In this document: positions 15,202 through 27,389 of the stretch, piece after piece | Numbering within the stretch: the stretch's first letter is position 1 | Layout: the number at the start of each line of letters is the position of its first letter | DNA from: Glycera tridactyla | Taxonomy: Eukaryota | DNA length: 64,000 bases | NCBI GenBank assembly: GCA_965644265.1 | Contig: OZ286468.1 | Location: 62,620,001-62,684,000 of the forward strand | Direction: 5' to 3' | The notes under the pieces: generated by a model | The model's database searches: none | What the model was told of the DNA's origin: nothing | What the model saw: the letters and a program-made list of their open reading frames with translations, nothing else | Made by a program: the position numbers and the translations under genes

Positions 15202-18200
15202 CCTCATAAGAATAAGAAAACCCAGGCTTCACATTAACAGTAATTCATGACACCGAGAGAGGGTTTCATGGGTTAACTTCTGAACGATATTGAGAATCCA
15301 CTTCAGGGGTTAACTTGATTGCTGATTTGGGCACGCACGAGCGCACACTGATCAAAGGGAGGGGCATTTGTTAAGTAGCGTATATTCCGTTTCTTGCCCC
15401 CCATAAAGAGAGAGAGCGAATATTGCTCGAAGGGGAGGAGCTGAACAAAATGAATCCATCTGTCCAGTTTTACTACTCCTAAAGCTCGTTAATTTGAGTC
15501 AACATCAACGCTGACCATTTCAAGTTGACACTCGAGATATTTCACCCATATATGGTCAGCATTTCTGACTTGGTCTCGTCTGGGAGGTGCTCATCAATTT
15601 ACACTATAGTCCCCACAGCTCGGCATGCTGTTCATAATGAAAGGCTACGAACAGGATTCTGGTATTTCACTGCGTCTGGGTGGAAGATAACTTTCATGTA
15701 AAAAGCACAAAATGTTGCAAACTAGCAGGTACATATAACAACAGATGTCAATTATCATTTCTCCAGTTGAAGTTCTCTGGGGAGATTTTCACCAAACTCC
15801 TTAGCTACATTTAGTACATACATGTATGTTCTGTACAAAGTGAGACTCACGAATTAAAGTGAAAGACCACACTGACCAGTGGGGGACAACAATGGACCTG
15901 AGGTGTGATGGGGAGACGATTGTGAGCATCTGCGGCCGCATCAGTGATGGTGCTTAGTTGCCATGGTCACTGTAGCCATCAGTTGAAGCTCGCACCTGTC
16001 CACCTGTTGGCTGCGAAGCCATGTGTAGGGTAGATTGTGGGCGCCCCGCAGCATGGACGCCGTCTCTCACACCGACCCCCTCCCGTCCTACTCAGAATAT
16101 AAACCATATAAACCAAATATCCGCTTCACTTTAATACTCACTTCAACACTGCGGAAAAAGCTGGTTCTGTAGTCATGAACAGGTTGATACCTGCAAAAAT
16201 ATGGTTTGGCACACGACATTTCCGAACGGGAAACTCCTTTTTAAATTGACTATCGGTGAGGCTTAGATCAATGGGCCAGTTCCAATGCAATATTGCGTTA
16301 CCTCTCTGAATTTCCTCAAAATATGTAATAAGGTATGGTTCAGGAAATATGTTGAAAAATGAAGGTGAACATTAAAGAGTGAAATTAGCTGGAGGGTGAG
16401 AGCTGATTTTGTGGGTAAAATCAGCCACGCTGTGCCGTTGTCCAAAAAGAGAGATAAAAATCCAATAAAATTTCAGAGATATAGTAGATGTTTGACCATA
16501 TCTAGAAGTGCCCCGAGGGATCTGCTTCTCTTTTGAATAAGATTCGGTCAGGCGTTAAATAGAGTTGCCTGCCTTGCTTTCGCTGCCTTCAAATTACCAC
16601 TATCTAGCTGACGGTGGGCATGTGCATAGAGTACAACTCGTCTATATGACGGGATGCTCACCACTTTTTAATATATACGTATATACAGCTGTCTGATGAA
16701 CAACAGAGGCACAACCAATGATTTCTACTTTGATGTGCTCTTTCAAACATGCTTTCTGTGTTGTTTATTTTCAGGCTTCCTTGGTGCCTGATGATGGTCG
16801 TTTCTCCACCTATGTCACACGGGTTGTGCGCGGGACGCAAAATCCAGTCTTTGATGAAACATTCCGCATGTAAGTAGTCGAAATGCAATCAAAAAGTCAA
16901 CATTTTGAGATAGTCATCATACCTTAAGATAGTCATCAGTATATTTATTTTGCAATGGTTGCTGCGGTAGCCTTCCCTGATCTCGACTAAGCCCTAGCAA
17001 TATAATCTCACGATATATCAGCTCATCATAGCATCAGCTACTCGTGTCATGTGATATCATATAATCAAATGAGCTGAGGTTTATTTATGGTATTTCCCTC
17101 TGTTTCAGACACATTGGTGAGAAAGATCGCAAACGCCGGATTGTTTTGTCTGTGAGACAAATGAGACCCCGCAGTGGACGAAGGTAAGAATTGTTACCGA
17201 ATTTACAACAAATATGAAAACTGAAATTTGGAGCTTCGAATGTAAAAGAAGTTCTGTTTTTGAAATCACTTGAAATATGACTTTGGAAAATTGTGATTGT
17301 GCTAGCTATATATGAATCATATTTGAGCACTATGTGCATTGTGTTTCTGATGAGGGGTTGTAAAAAGGACACGTGCATGTGTCTGTGAGGGCAAATAGTT
17401 GCAATGGTGGTTGGCTAGCTCATGCTACATCACATGAATAGTTGTCCTGGCGACGGACGCTAGTGTCCGTTAATGACCTTCTTATTATAATCGAGGGCAT
17501 CATTGGCGCGGACCTCACTGAGACCCAGGTCATCGACAATGTCCAGCTCGAATGTCATCCGTTCACTGACCACTTCAGCTCGTGTCCCTTTCACTGTGTT
17601 CATATACATGACAAAGTAAGCTTAAGGCACTAATAGCCATGTAGCAAGTTTAATGTCCTCACTGGTAAATGGATACTTTGTGAGAAGAAGTGTGACCAGT
17701 CAAAGAAGTGGGAGTTTCCGTGACTGGCACCCCGTTAAGCACTGGCGGGGTTCTGTGGGAGGACGACAGGTGTCATAATTATGGTGCGCGCCCCGATGCA
17801 CAAAAGTATTGATTTTCAGCAAGTCTCGCTGAGATCTCGTGCAGACTGAGACCTAAATCAGGACTGACACCAGTACCTCCATTTAGTAATTAGACACCGT
17901 GAGTTCACACGCCCTGTATACATTTACACGACAATAAAACTAATGAAGTGCTATGATGAGCTAGTTTAGAAGAATCACCCACATACGAGACACACCACAA
18001 ATTGTCACATTTTACTTATATTGTCAATGTTTTGCCTTTTTGTAGTGAGTTAGTGGGATGCATGTCGTTTGGTATTCGTCATATTTTGGCCCGAAGCAAA
18101 CAAGTCGGTGGCTGGTTCTACCTTCTGAATGATGAATTGGGAAAGCGCAAGCATTTACGAGTGCTCAATTCTGCCACAAGCATTTCACACGAGTCCGCCG

Positions 18201-21200
18201 CCGAGTACGATATCCACAATCTGTCGAATGCTGACGTTTCTATGGAGACAGCATCAGAGAGAGATGTGACCGGCTCCAGCAGCACAAAATCTGCCTCTCC
18301 GCTCCACGAGAGACCCACAAATACTGGTAGGTTCGTCATTCTGTCAAAAGAGCGTCATTTTCATCAACAGCCGGTCACATCATAATTGGAGCGTACCCCT
18401 TGTAGCTGGGGGGGGGGGGATCAATCTCACTCAGATTGACTTAACTAGATGTGGAATCATCTATAAGTTTTCTATGATTTCATGATGTTTATCATGGTTG
18501 GTTATTTTGAAGTGAGAGTGGGACAATGGGAGAAGCATCAAGGATTATTTCCCGATATTTTTGCCAACAGATGAAACTTCAACCTTGATCCCGTTCTAAG
18601 ATGCCGACACTCAAATTAATGGCTAATTGTTGTTTCTGGTGTTTATTTCAGATTTTATCGACATGAATGACGGCTTTCGTCAGCCAAAGATGAGACGTCT
18701 GGATGGTGCTGGTTGTTCTGCTCATGGTTATCCCGAGCAAGTACTAGATAGCCTGGATGAGGAGGTGGAAATAGTGCGTGCTACTGGTGACGACCACATG
18801 GTACAGTCTGCAGAACACCGCCACATGAGTATTTCCATCATGGCTTCCTCGGCAAACACCGTGCTTTCCTCGGGCCTCGTCCATTCGGGATCCACCACAA
18901 CATCAGCAAGAAGCAAAACACGACCTCTCTCCACCATCCCGAGCACCCCGAGCCTGCAGACTCCCGGTGGACCGCAGAATACGCCCTCCCACTCCTTCTC
19001 AACCATCCTGTCTTCGAGTTACTATGACAGCACTGGTCAGCTGTCGTGGCTGGAGGACGAGGACGAGGACGAGGACGTGTGTGATTTACGCAGCGTGGAG
19101 GAGGACTGCTGGGGCATCGTGGCTGACCTCGACAACAACAACGTCTCCAAGGACATGCTCTCCTCCACCATATCCACCACATTTGACAGCACTCTCGGGG
19201 TAAGAATCGCCACCGAATGCTCCTCCTCCCATCATCAACGTACTGATCAATTCAAAGAAGAAATGTGGCCACACAAACTGTCAAGGTCGAATCGCTAAAT
19301 AAGATGTTTTGCTCAATATACCCAGCACTTAGTTTATACAAGTGTCCAGCACAATTTGAGTGAAGGGATCTAGTGAATATAATATGAGACAGGACGTGGT
19401 GGTGAGTTCACAAATATCCAATTTTGAAATAGGTGCTACTGTTGTTGAGATGTCCCCAGGACAGCCGGTTATCCTCATATTTTCACTTTGGGATATTGGT
19501 ATTGATAACTGCAATCCAATTCATTTTTCATCTTTATTCATGACGATTTGTTCATGTGTTTTTAGGTTGATATGACGTCGACGAGTTGTAAGTGGCATCA
19601 TTTTGACTGCTTGCTTGATGCTGAGAACACTTTCGTGCAGCGCATGCAGGAGGCTACACAGCGCTTCTCACGACCTCTGCGCCATCATGTCCTTACGCAC
19701 AAGCAACACAAGACACTCTTCCAGAATATCGAAAAGGTATGCATGCAAGCTATGCGGCAAACTACTGTCCACTGTCTAAATGTTGGTGTGCTGATGGGGG
19801 GGGGGGGGCTTATATGGATATATTGTTGCCACTATCCTGCAGAATCCTCGTGCAGGTGCTTCCTCCCTTTACTTATCCCAAGTGTAGATTCCTAACCGTG
19901 TTCAAGTCGTCAGCAGAAATTGTTTCCAACAAACATTCCACTTATGATATATATGAGACAAATCACTTTTCAAGATTCAAATGAACTAGTTGGGTCTCAA
20001 TCTGTTCAAAGTCGTTTCAAGTTTAATTAAATATTGTAGTATTCAGATATTGTTATAATGGAATAGAATCATTTCTCTGCGCATCTCCCCTCGCTCTATT
20101 TCTCCCCCCCCCCCTTCATATGCTCACTCTCATTCTCATTGTCATGCTCTGTGCCTGTTTCATGGTCACTAAATCTTCCATTATGTCTCTTTCCAGCTGG
20201 TAGCAATAGCGCACTTTCACGTGAGACGACTTCGTAATGCGACTGCTCGCCACCAGATGGAGGTGAACGTTGACGTCACAATAAAGGATCATTCGGATGA
20301 GGATGACGTGGCAGTGGGTGACATCTATATGCCTCAACTGGGCCTCTTCTGTGAGGCCTACACCGCCTACTGTAATGGCCTCCCGAAGGCACTCGAGCTC
20401 CTCGACCAACTTACTGATGATGAGAAATTTCGCGCTTTCATCCAGAAATGCGAGCTCAGCGAGAAGGAACTAGACATTGTTGACTTTATTCGATTACCAG
20501 TCGTCCATATTGAGGACCTCCTCGAACAATTTGATTCGATGCTGCTTGACCTTCCATTGAGCTCGCAGGATTTCGAGGACGTGAGGACGGTGCGTGAATC
20601 GTTGCGAGCTTGTCTTCCTTCCACACCTGATAATTCACTACGCTACAGTTCCGACTCCGGCATCTCACGCACTTCCCTGGCAGCACGCACAGTCTCACAA
20701 ACATCTCTCAGCACGGTCTTCAGTGTCGATCAGCAAGTGGCTGATATCCAGAACCGACTCGTCTTCCCATCCTCGATGCAGGTATGTCGCCCATTCATCC
20801 ATCCCATGAAAGACACAGCAAACTATTGAACAACTTGATGTTCCACGTGGAAATACCATAGATACTCACTAATGAGCCCATCTACATTTATCAATTGTTC
20901 AGTCATAAGACAATCAGCCAGACTCTCAAACAATCAAGTCACCAACCACTCAGTCAGTCAGCGTTGCAATCAGTCAATCAATCAAGAGGACAATCAGTCA
21001 GCCAGTCAGCCAACCAGCCTCAGCTAGTCAGTCGATCGAGCAAAAAATCGATCTATCAGCATTTCTATCGATCGGTAGATCAACCAATTATTTACTTGAA
21101 GCAGACAGTGAATAAATGAGGCAAACAGTGTGATGTTTTGATCTGATTTTATGGCGATTTGTTTAAAATGACGGTAACACAGCACACTCGTTCGAATGTC

Positions 21201-22152
21201 CTTTTCCGACCGTACAAAAATTAAGTAGAGGCTTTTTGAATCAATAATACTCAAGACCATGTTGTTTTTGTTCTAGGCATTCCAAGTTGCTGTGCCTAAT
21301 CGTCAGGTGGTACTCTCTGACGCCATGTACATGGTTGATGGTTGGAAGTGGACCAAGGTCCAAATGACCTTATTTAGCGACGCCATCTTGGTGACGCGAC
21401 TTGACGCGTCATCAAACACGTTGACCGCCATCCGGGAACCTACTCCGCTACGTGACGTCATCGGCTGGGATTTTTCACGCTATCATCGTAAGTTTATTTC
21501 ATAGTTTTTCAAAGCAACCACTATTACCAGTGTGCAATATCACTTGCCCCGATAACATTTCCATTTCACGTTCATCGGAGATACATTTGCTGGCCTCTCT
21601 TTGCATTTCTTGCTGTCTGTCAGGCGTAGGTGCTTCGATCATTCATATCCTAGCAGTATCGCCGAGAAACATATTTTCTCCATGGAAAACTTATTGATTT
21701 TTCCCGTCGTTCATTATCATATTGATTCTTTGTGTCGTCTCTGATTGAGGTTATGATACATAAAACAAGGATGTCGTTACGGATTCTGATATCACCCACA
21801 ATGCAACATTAGCAATACAGTTCATACATATCATAGCACTAGGACATTTGAAGTGACATTCATCAGGTAAAAGTTTATAGTGATAAAGTAGACAGCTCGT
21901 TGATATTGGATAAAATCTGAACCTTTGAATTATTGTCTGTATAGGTGAATCTAATGGTCATTCTCTGTTATGTTTACAGCTTGTGAGTTTGAGATGAGCA
22001 TGAGCTCGGTGGACGATGACAGTTGCTCGGTGGCGGGTATTGCCAGTTCCTTGGTGCTGCGCGCGGCCTGCGAGGAGCAGAAGTTGACCTGGTCACGTGC
22101 CATCCAGCAGCGAATCAGGTCCTGCCGCTCACAGCGCGAATACGCTCTCTAA
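3326..22152 (+). CDS. Multi-exon gene (11 coding exons, 924 aa): C2 (RGS3-type) - Ser-rich linker - divergent DH/RhoGEF - PH; PsGEF/RGS3-N-terminus-like protein
   Basis: Hand-spliced exons 3326-3848, 11381-11434, 14911-14969, 16775-16869, 17109-17183, 18046-18326, 18652-19199, 19566-19736, 20197-20781, 21277-21487, 21980-22152. All introns are GT-AG, all phases are compatible, and the total of 2775 nt ends in TAA. The spliced C2 peptide GQLKVDI...VHEAKHL...ASLVPDD...NPVFDETF...LVGCMSFGIRHIL...GGWFYLL...LGKRKHLRV matches the RGS3-family C2 pattern as I recall it (GQLKLSI...LGCMSFGVK...GWYYLL...LGRTKHLKV). Confidence 0.85.
11381..11434 (+). CDS. Exon 2 (C2 start, GQLKVDINSTGDGILLVR)
   Basis: ctgtttcaag|GTCAACTT...CGAG|gtaact; 54 nt, phase 1-1. 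Confidence 0.85.
12725..12780 (-). mobile_element. Possible SINE/LINE 3' tail fragment
   Basis: The minus strand reads cgtcacaatatagcgcatatggcgccgatgtgacattaaatccgaaccaatc, resembling the ...GTGACGTTAAA.. tails of the family-2 SINE; only a short stretch. Confidence 0.3.
14911..14969 (+). CDS. Exon 3 (C2, VHEAKHLKQSDSERTCFYSQ)
   Basis: ctttttacag|TGCACGAG...CCCAG|gtaagc; 59 nt, phase 1-0. Confidence 0.85.
15165..15200. repeat. (GAT)n microsatellite
   Basis: Direct reading; intronic. Confidence 0.95.
16775..16869 (+). CDS. Exon 4 (C2, ASLVPDD...NPVFDETFR)
   Basis: tttattttcag|GCTTCC...CGCAT|gtaagt; 95 nt, phase 0-2; contains the C2 NPxFxExF motif. Confidence 0.9.
17109..17183 (+). CDS. Exon 5 (C2, HIGEKDRKRRIVLSVRQ)
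   Basis: ctgtttcag|ACAC...CGAAG|gtaaga; 75 nt, phase 2-2. Confidence 0.85.
18046..18326 (+). CDS. Exon 6 (C2 end, ELVGCMSFGIRHIL...GGWFYLL, then linker)
   Basis: tttttgtag|TGAG...ACTG|gtaggt; 281 nt, phase 2-1. Confidence 0.92.
18652..19199 (+). CDS. Exon 7 (Ser/Thr/acidic linker)
   Basis: tttatttcag|ATTTT...CTCGGG|gtaaga; 548 nt, phase 1-0; lies inside the 223-aa ORF 18627-19298. Confidence 0.8.
19566..19736 (+). CDS. Exon 8 (DH domain N-terminus, LLDAENTFVQRM...TLFQNIEK)
   Basis: tttttag|GTTGAT...GAAAAG|gtatgc; 171 nt, phase 0-0; resembles the Dbl CR1 pattern ELLETExxYV...LFxNIE. Confidence 0.88.
20197..20781 (+). CDS. Exon 9 (DH domain core and DH-PH linker)
   Basis: ctttccag|CTGGTA...ATGCAG|gtatgt; 585 nt, phase 0-0; VGDIY...YTAYCNGLPKALELLDQL...FRAFIQKC resembles the DH helices. 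Confidence 0.88.
21277..21487 (+). CDS. Exon 10 (PH domain N-terminal half)
   Basis: ttgttctag|GCATTC...CATC|gtaagt; 211 nt, phase 0-1; NRQVVLSD...KVQMTLFSDAILVTR resembles RhoGEF PH RxLxxxG...xLFxDxLLxxK. Confidence 0.88.
21980..22152 (+). CDS. Exon 11 (PH C-terminal helix, stop)
   Basis: tgtttacag|CTTGT...CTCTAA; LVLRAACEEQKLTWSRAIQQRI is the typical PH terminal helix with the conserved Trp. Confidence 0.88.
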
Positions 22153-22553
22153 AACTACCGCCTCGCACCCACAAAATACTTGTGATCAAGGCTTCATCTC
22201 AATACTATGGAATGGATCCCAGCTCTGTGATAATCCGCACAAAGTACGCCTACTTCCTTCCCGCCAACTATGAGACAATGCCGGCACTGCTTCACCGAGG
22301 AGGTTCCAACATTTCATGCTCTACTTTATTATGATGCCTCCCGTGGACGTGGACTTTTACACAGCTTCTATTACAAGCCTACCAGAGCAGTAATTCCTCA
22401 AGTCATGGCACAAGAACTGACGGCTGCTACAAGTAGCTATATTTGGCCATGACTTGACAGACTGCACACGTGTGTGCTTGATTTCATACCATGACTCTTC
22501 CATCTCCCTTCAATGTTCATTGTTGAACGGTTGAGCCATCATTCGCACACAAT

Positions 22554-22555
<2 letters not shown>

Positions 22556-22604
<49 letters not shown>
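22556..22604. repeat. (CA)n microsatellite downstream of the gene stop
   Basis: Direct reading. Confidence 0.95.
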
Positions 22605-22607
<3 letters not shown>

Positions 22608-25600
22608 CTGAACACACAAACATATCTATCTTACTGGTATCAGTCTGTCTGCGGTTTTATCTTTCAATTGCTGTAATGTACCCAATATCATCTCTATCAG
22701 GAAAATTGCCAAGGACACCCTTATATCATGAGTTTATATCTATTTGGCATTTTTGAGTTTTCTCCAGTTACCAACCTGCTACGTTCTTGAATTTTTGAAC
22801 TGCAGAATATCACATATAGTATTAGTGATTATTCGTATTACCCTAAAATCAAAATAAGATTAACGCTCATACTTCTTGTATATATGTAGCGGGCAAGACA
22901 TGAAGATGACCTGATTCAATATTCCTGCACATTCATTATGTGGTCGAGTTGGTCATGCAGCATACCTGATATGATTGCTTTCAAGTAGCTGATAGCTTTT
23001 CCATTCAGCGCACACATATCAGTGTCCTTCCTTGTCACCCCTAATATCTACATTGTTCATGAGTCAGTTCGCAGTGTTTTGGTGTTTTGGTGAATTGATT
23101 CATCAGCAATATGGGTTGCAATTCTACTCCGCATTTACTCCGCATTTTCCATTCAACTATATCAAACAATCAATAACTATATGTTATTTTGGGGAACGAT
23201 GTAAGGACAAATAGCGATGCGGGGTATTATTCGTCTGACCGGTGCATACAGACGGTCAAACAAGTACATGTAGAGATATTCTATATGCCACAAACCTATG
23301 TGAAAAGACAGCACGCTGAAGCATTTGCCGTTTTGCTTGTTGGTGGATCATTCATGTGTTGTCACTCACATCAGGTCTGTGATCACCACCTCAGCATCCC
23401 ACCACCACAACGCTGCACTATTGCCTTGAAAGTTGTTGTTTGTTTGTTTGTTTATTGTTTACCAAAGGTGCTTAATATTGTTTACAATACTCGCATGGAT
23501 TTGTATTCGGGCGGCGAGCATACACTACAAGAAGACAAAACGCCCTCCATTCACAAATGCCACACGCACTCATGCACACAACATCGATTCGACCACCCAG
23601 CCACGCATGCGCACACGTCCAGATGCACATATACACACCACGAAGAAGGAGATTTGATGCTCGTGCATTTTCACAGTATGCACCAACATTCTCCTGGTTT
23701 CCATTGGAAAAAATTAAAGAGACTGCATACAAATACGTACATAGTTATGTCCATATGCATACAACCAGCAACACATGTTATCGTTGAATTTTCCTTATTA
23801 AGGAAACACTGTAATTATTGTATATATGAATCCACTGATTTATCCCACCTTCATTCATCTCTAACGATGGGTGCCCATTTATATGGATATGAATGGTAGG
23901 TTATATGATGACCCTTCAAATGGTCCTTTGGCAGTCAGAATGTCGGTAGCATTACTAAGCATTGCGCCGGCGATTTTCCAAGCGCGAAGTCTATGGTGTA
24001 ATGGCAATGAAGTCAACTAACACCGACGCCTTCAGGGATTGATTGATTGATTGTTTGATTGATTGATTGATTGTTTGATTGCCTATCATCATGAAATTGG
24101 AAACATTCTGATTACCAAGGAACCAGCTGTATCACCTAGCATTGTCTGTGATAGGTGAAGCTAGCAAATGATGTGATATCTGAATGAGTTGACAGTCGAA
24201 GCTGTTCGAAGAATGCATGCAAATATGGCGTATGACGCGAAAGAAAGGCGAGGGATATGATTGTGATGTAATTGTGATGACGATGAAGGGATGTGCAGCA
24301 AACACGCGGCGTGACTGGGATGTCTCTGTGATGATTCCGCTAATGGTATCACTGGCAACCAGTCAGCTGCTGCTGCGTGTTTGCTGTGCCATCTCTCACC
24401 TCTCAAACCATGTGATATGAGACCAGTTAATTGAGCAGGTTCGACATGCCTCGACAGCAGTTTGCCCTGTACCTCAGTCTGTACAAACCGCTAAGATACA
24501 TTGTGATCCAATCTCCATCCGAGATTCCCATCCGCTGTACACTCACTGTTAATAAGCATAATTTTTTTTCGAAATTGTCGATAACCATTTATGATTAATA
24601 TTCACGATGCTAATATAGGATGAACTTCGTGTTTGCTAATTACTGCGCGTATTATTTGATAATATGAATATATCTGTGAAATTTCATTGTTGATAACTAG
24701 GCAAGGCACCTAGAGTTGACGTCATCATCACGTGATTTGATTAATTTGGTCATCTGAGTTCTGATGTCGTACGTGGACGAGTTGCCAAATAACTCTTAGT
24801 ATTAATACCTACCAAACTGTATTAAAGTGCATATATTCCATTATTTGACACCTCACTAGGTCTGTCAGGCATACTAATGTTTCACTGTTATTGTATATAT
24901 CAAGCATATGCTCATAAAATGACAATGACATCACATTGTATAAAGCGTATGTTTCACTGTATATAGATCTTACCAAGTTATGAATAATAAACTCTGATGA
25001 AACTAAATTCAGCGTGTATGTCATGATTAGCTTCCTGCCTGTTTTGTTGCACACACCTCCAATGTCTACTGTTGCATAATGTCGGATATCTTGCATCCGC
25101 TATTATCTCACTCCGCCACAAACACCGACTCAACATGTATGCGATCAAAAGGAGATTGTCTGGAGATTATGAAAGATGCTGGGATAATCAGGCAGTCAAG
25201 ATTATCCTCATGGACGATAGAGAAACAATGGCATCTTGGTTTCTCGAAAGATAAAACAAATATTTTTTCAGTTGCATCGCTATTTCAATAGGACTGTGCA
25301 TCCAAATTGAGAATTGCCACAACTTGTTATCAAACTCGATTGAGATGGAAATACGTTTCCTCCTAATCACGTACCTCGGACCAAGTTGATATTGGCCTAA
25401 TCAACTGATCAGCGGTAAATATAAACTAGGCACGTAGGCCCCAAGAGAGCAGCTGCGATATACAAACGCAGCTATTGATTGATGTTATGATCTGTAGTAA
25501 TGGTGGCAGAACATAGGCAACATGGATTCTTAGCCTCTAAAATACCAGTGTTTTCACTCACATGACTTCTCAACCCACTTCCGAACTCAAAAGAATAATA

Positions 25601-26029
25601 ATAATCTCAAATATGTAGTGGAATTTCACTATCATGGCTTTCTTCAGAAAATATCCTCACCATGTCAAGTACCGAGGCTATTATTGGAAATGGCGGCATC
25701 ATTGACTTCTGGTAGCTATAAGTATTGAGTTGAGACAACAAGCCTGTGGTGATAAGAAGTTACCTGCCACATGCTTCATTCCGATTGATGGAAGTAAAAC
25801 ATATCTATCTAACCACATGACAAGTCTGAGGTGGGCATTTCTTGAGATGGAAGTGTGCTGGCAGGCTTGACTTACAGCAGGCCACCTATCAAATGAATGG
25901 CAAGATTAGACCTGTCACCCATAAATAGCTAACAGCAGCACTGAGAAGACCAGAACCTTCACGCTTTGACAGTGGTACTGGACTGAGATCACTCAAAACA
26001 GTCAAACAAAGAAATGGAAACCGACTCAG

Positions 26030-26210
26030 GTGATTGTTTGTTTGTTTGTTTGTTTTAGTTTAACGTCACTTGAAGAAAAGAGTCACTGCATGCCGGGGGC
26101 CGTCCCTACTCTTTGCGAAAGACAGCAGTGGATCTTTAACGTGCGTAAAGGAAAAGGCTCCTAAATACACGGCCGGCCTTTGATATCCAAGTCGGCATGC
26201 ACTGGGTTTG
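26030..26210 (-). mobile_element. SINE fragment, family 2 (conserved central-domain type, (AAAC)n tail)
   Basis: The minus strand reads gcacgttaaagatccactgctgtctttcgcaaagagtagggacggccccc...gtgacgttaaac(aaac)n. It is highly similar to 37455-37678. The core resembles Deu/Nin- or Meta-type SINE domains as I recall them (not verified). Confidence 0.6.
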
Positions 26211-26269
26211 TCTGTGTGGAGAGTGGAGCATGCACCTGGCTGTGCTGTGTGGCCACTTTTTTTTTGAGT

Positions 26270-26360
26270 GGTCCACATAGTCCAGCGTGTAAGTCAGCTT
26301 GCTCCTCCACAGGCTAGGCGGTTGGTACCATGCTGGAGATCCTAGGTTCAAATCCACAAG
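26270..26360 (+). mobile_element. Possible tRNA-derived SINE head
   Basis: TAGTCCAGCGTGTAAG (A-box-like) followed by GGTTCAAATCC (B-box) at about 26345; I could not fold a complete cloverleaf. Confidence 0.35.
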
Positions 26361-26745
26361 AAATCGGATGATTTCTGAAAAATGTAATTTGTACATTTAA
26401 ATGGTGTGTCGTGAAACACGGTTTCAGCGGGAATATGTGTCGTTCAATACACTTTTTACAATGCAAATTTATGAAGCCCTGTCCTTTATATGGAGTAGGC
26501 TCTTGGTTCACATTCCTGTTTTATTTCCATGGTTTTACACATACCATCTTCAACTAGCATCGACTATATAGATAGAACGCAGCGGCCGCGGGTCATCCCC
26601 GCCAGTGCGACCAGCGGAAGCTACTTATTTGATTTGATTTCGAAAACAAGTTATTTCTTTTCGTCCAAACAATGAATTTCACACGGAATTGTCTACAGGT
26701 AGACTTACCCTTCCTAAACAACACAGTTATCATCTGATAAAGTGT

Positions 26746-26778
<33 letters not shown>

Positions 26779-26779
<1 letters not shown>

Positions 26780-27389
26780 ATCCGGCGTGGTGTAGGCTGG
26801 CAGTTTGTTGCTGGCGAGGGTGCCAAACTGGGAGGTTGATGGTTCAAATCCCATACAAGCCAAAAAATTATTTGGCGTTTGGAACACATTTGTTGCTGGC
26901 GAGGGTGCCAAACTGGGAGGTTGATGGTTCAAATCCCATACAAGCCAAAAAATTATTTGGCGTTTGGAACACATTTGTTGCTGGCGAGGTTGCCAAACTG
27001 AGAGGTTGATGGTTCAAATCCCATACAAGCCAAAAAATTATTTGGCGTTTGGAACACATTTGTTGCTGGCGAGGGTGCCAAACTGGGAGGTTGATGGTTC
27101 AAATCCCATACAAGCCAAAAAATTATTTGGCGTTTGGAACACATTTGTTGCTGGCGAGGGTGCCAAACTGGGAGGTTGATGGTTCAAATCCCATACAAGC
27201 CAAAAAATTATTTGGCGTTTGGAACACATTTGTTGCTGGCGAGGGTGCCAAACTGGGAGGTTGATGGTTCAAATCCCATACAAGCTAAAGAATAATTTGG
27301 CGTTTGGAACACATTTCATGGACCTGTTGCCAGTACAATCCCAAAATATGTCTCTGAAATGATTTCTATCACTAAAAAAATGTGTGTGT
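26779..27389 (+). mobile_element. tRNA-like SINE containing a 6x85-bp internal tandem array
   Basis: A-box-like TGGTGTAGGCTGG near 26788. B-box GGTTCAAATCC at 26841, 26926, 27011, 27096, 27181 and 27266 (period 85). The tail catttcatggacctgttgccagtacaatc...ctatcactaaaaaaa(tg)n is shared with the copy at 31484-31631. Confidence 0.7.

Noticed and set aside
23189-23899. 236-codon plus-strand ORF downstream of the gene
   Set aside because: It has a non-ATG start, its His/Thr/Cys bias follows the CA-rich sequence, and I found no recognisable motif or splice support.
26804-27316. CRISPR-like or tRNA-gene array
   Set aside because: The units are contiguous near-identical 85-mers with no unique spacers and there are no cas genes. 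Only a B-box/T-arm is recognisable, not a full cloverleaf, and the context is eukaryotic.
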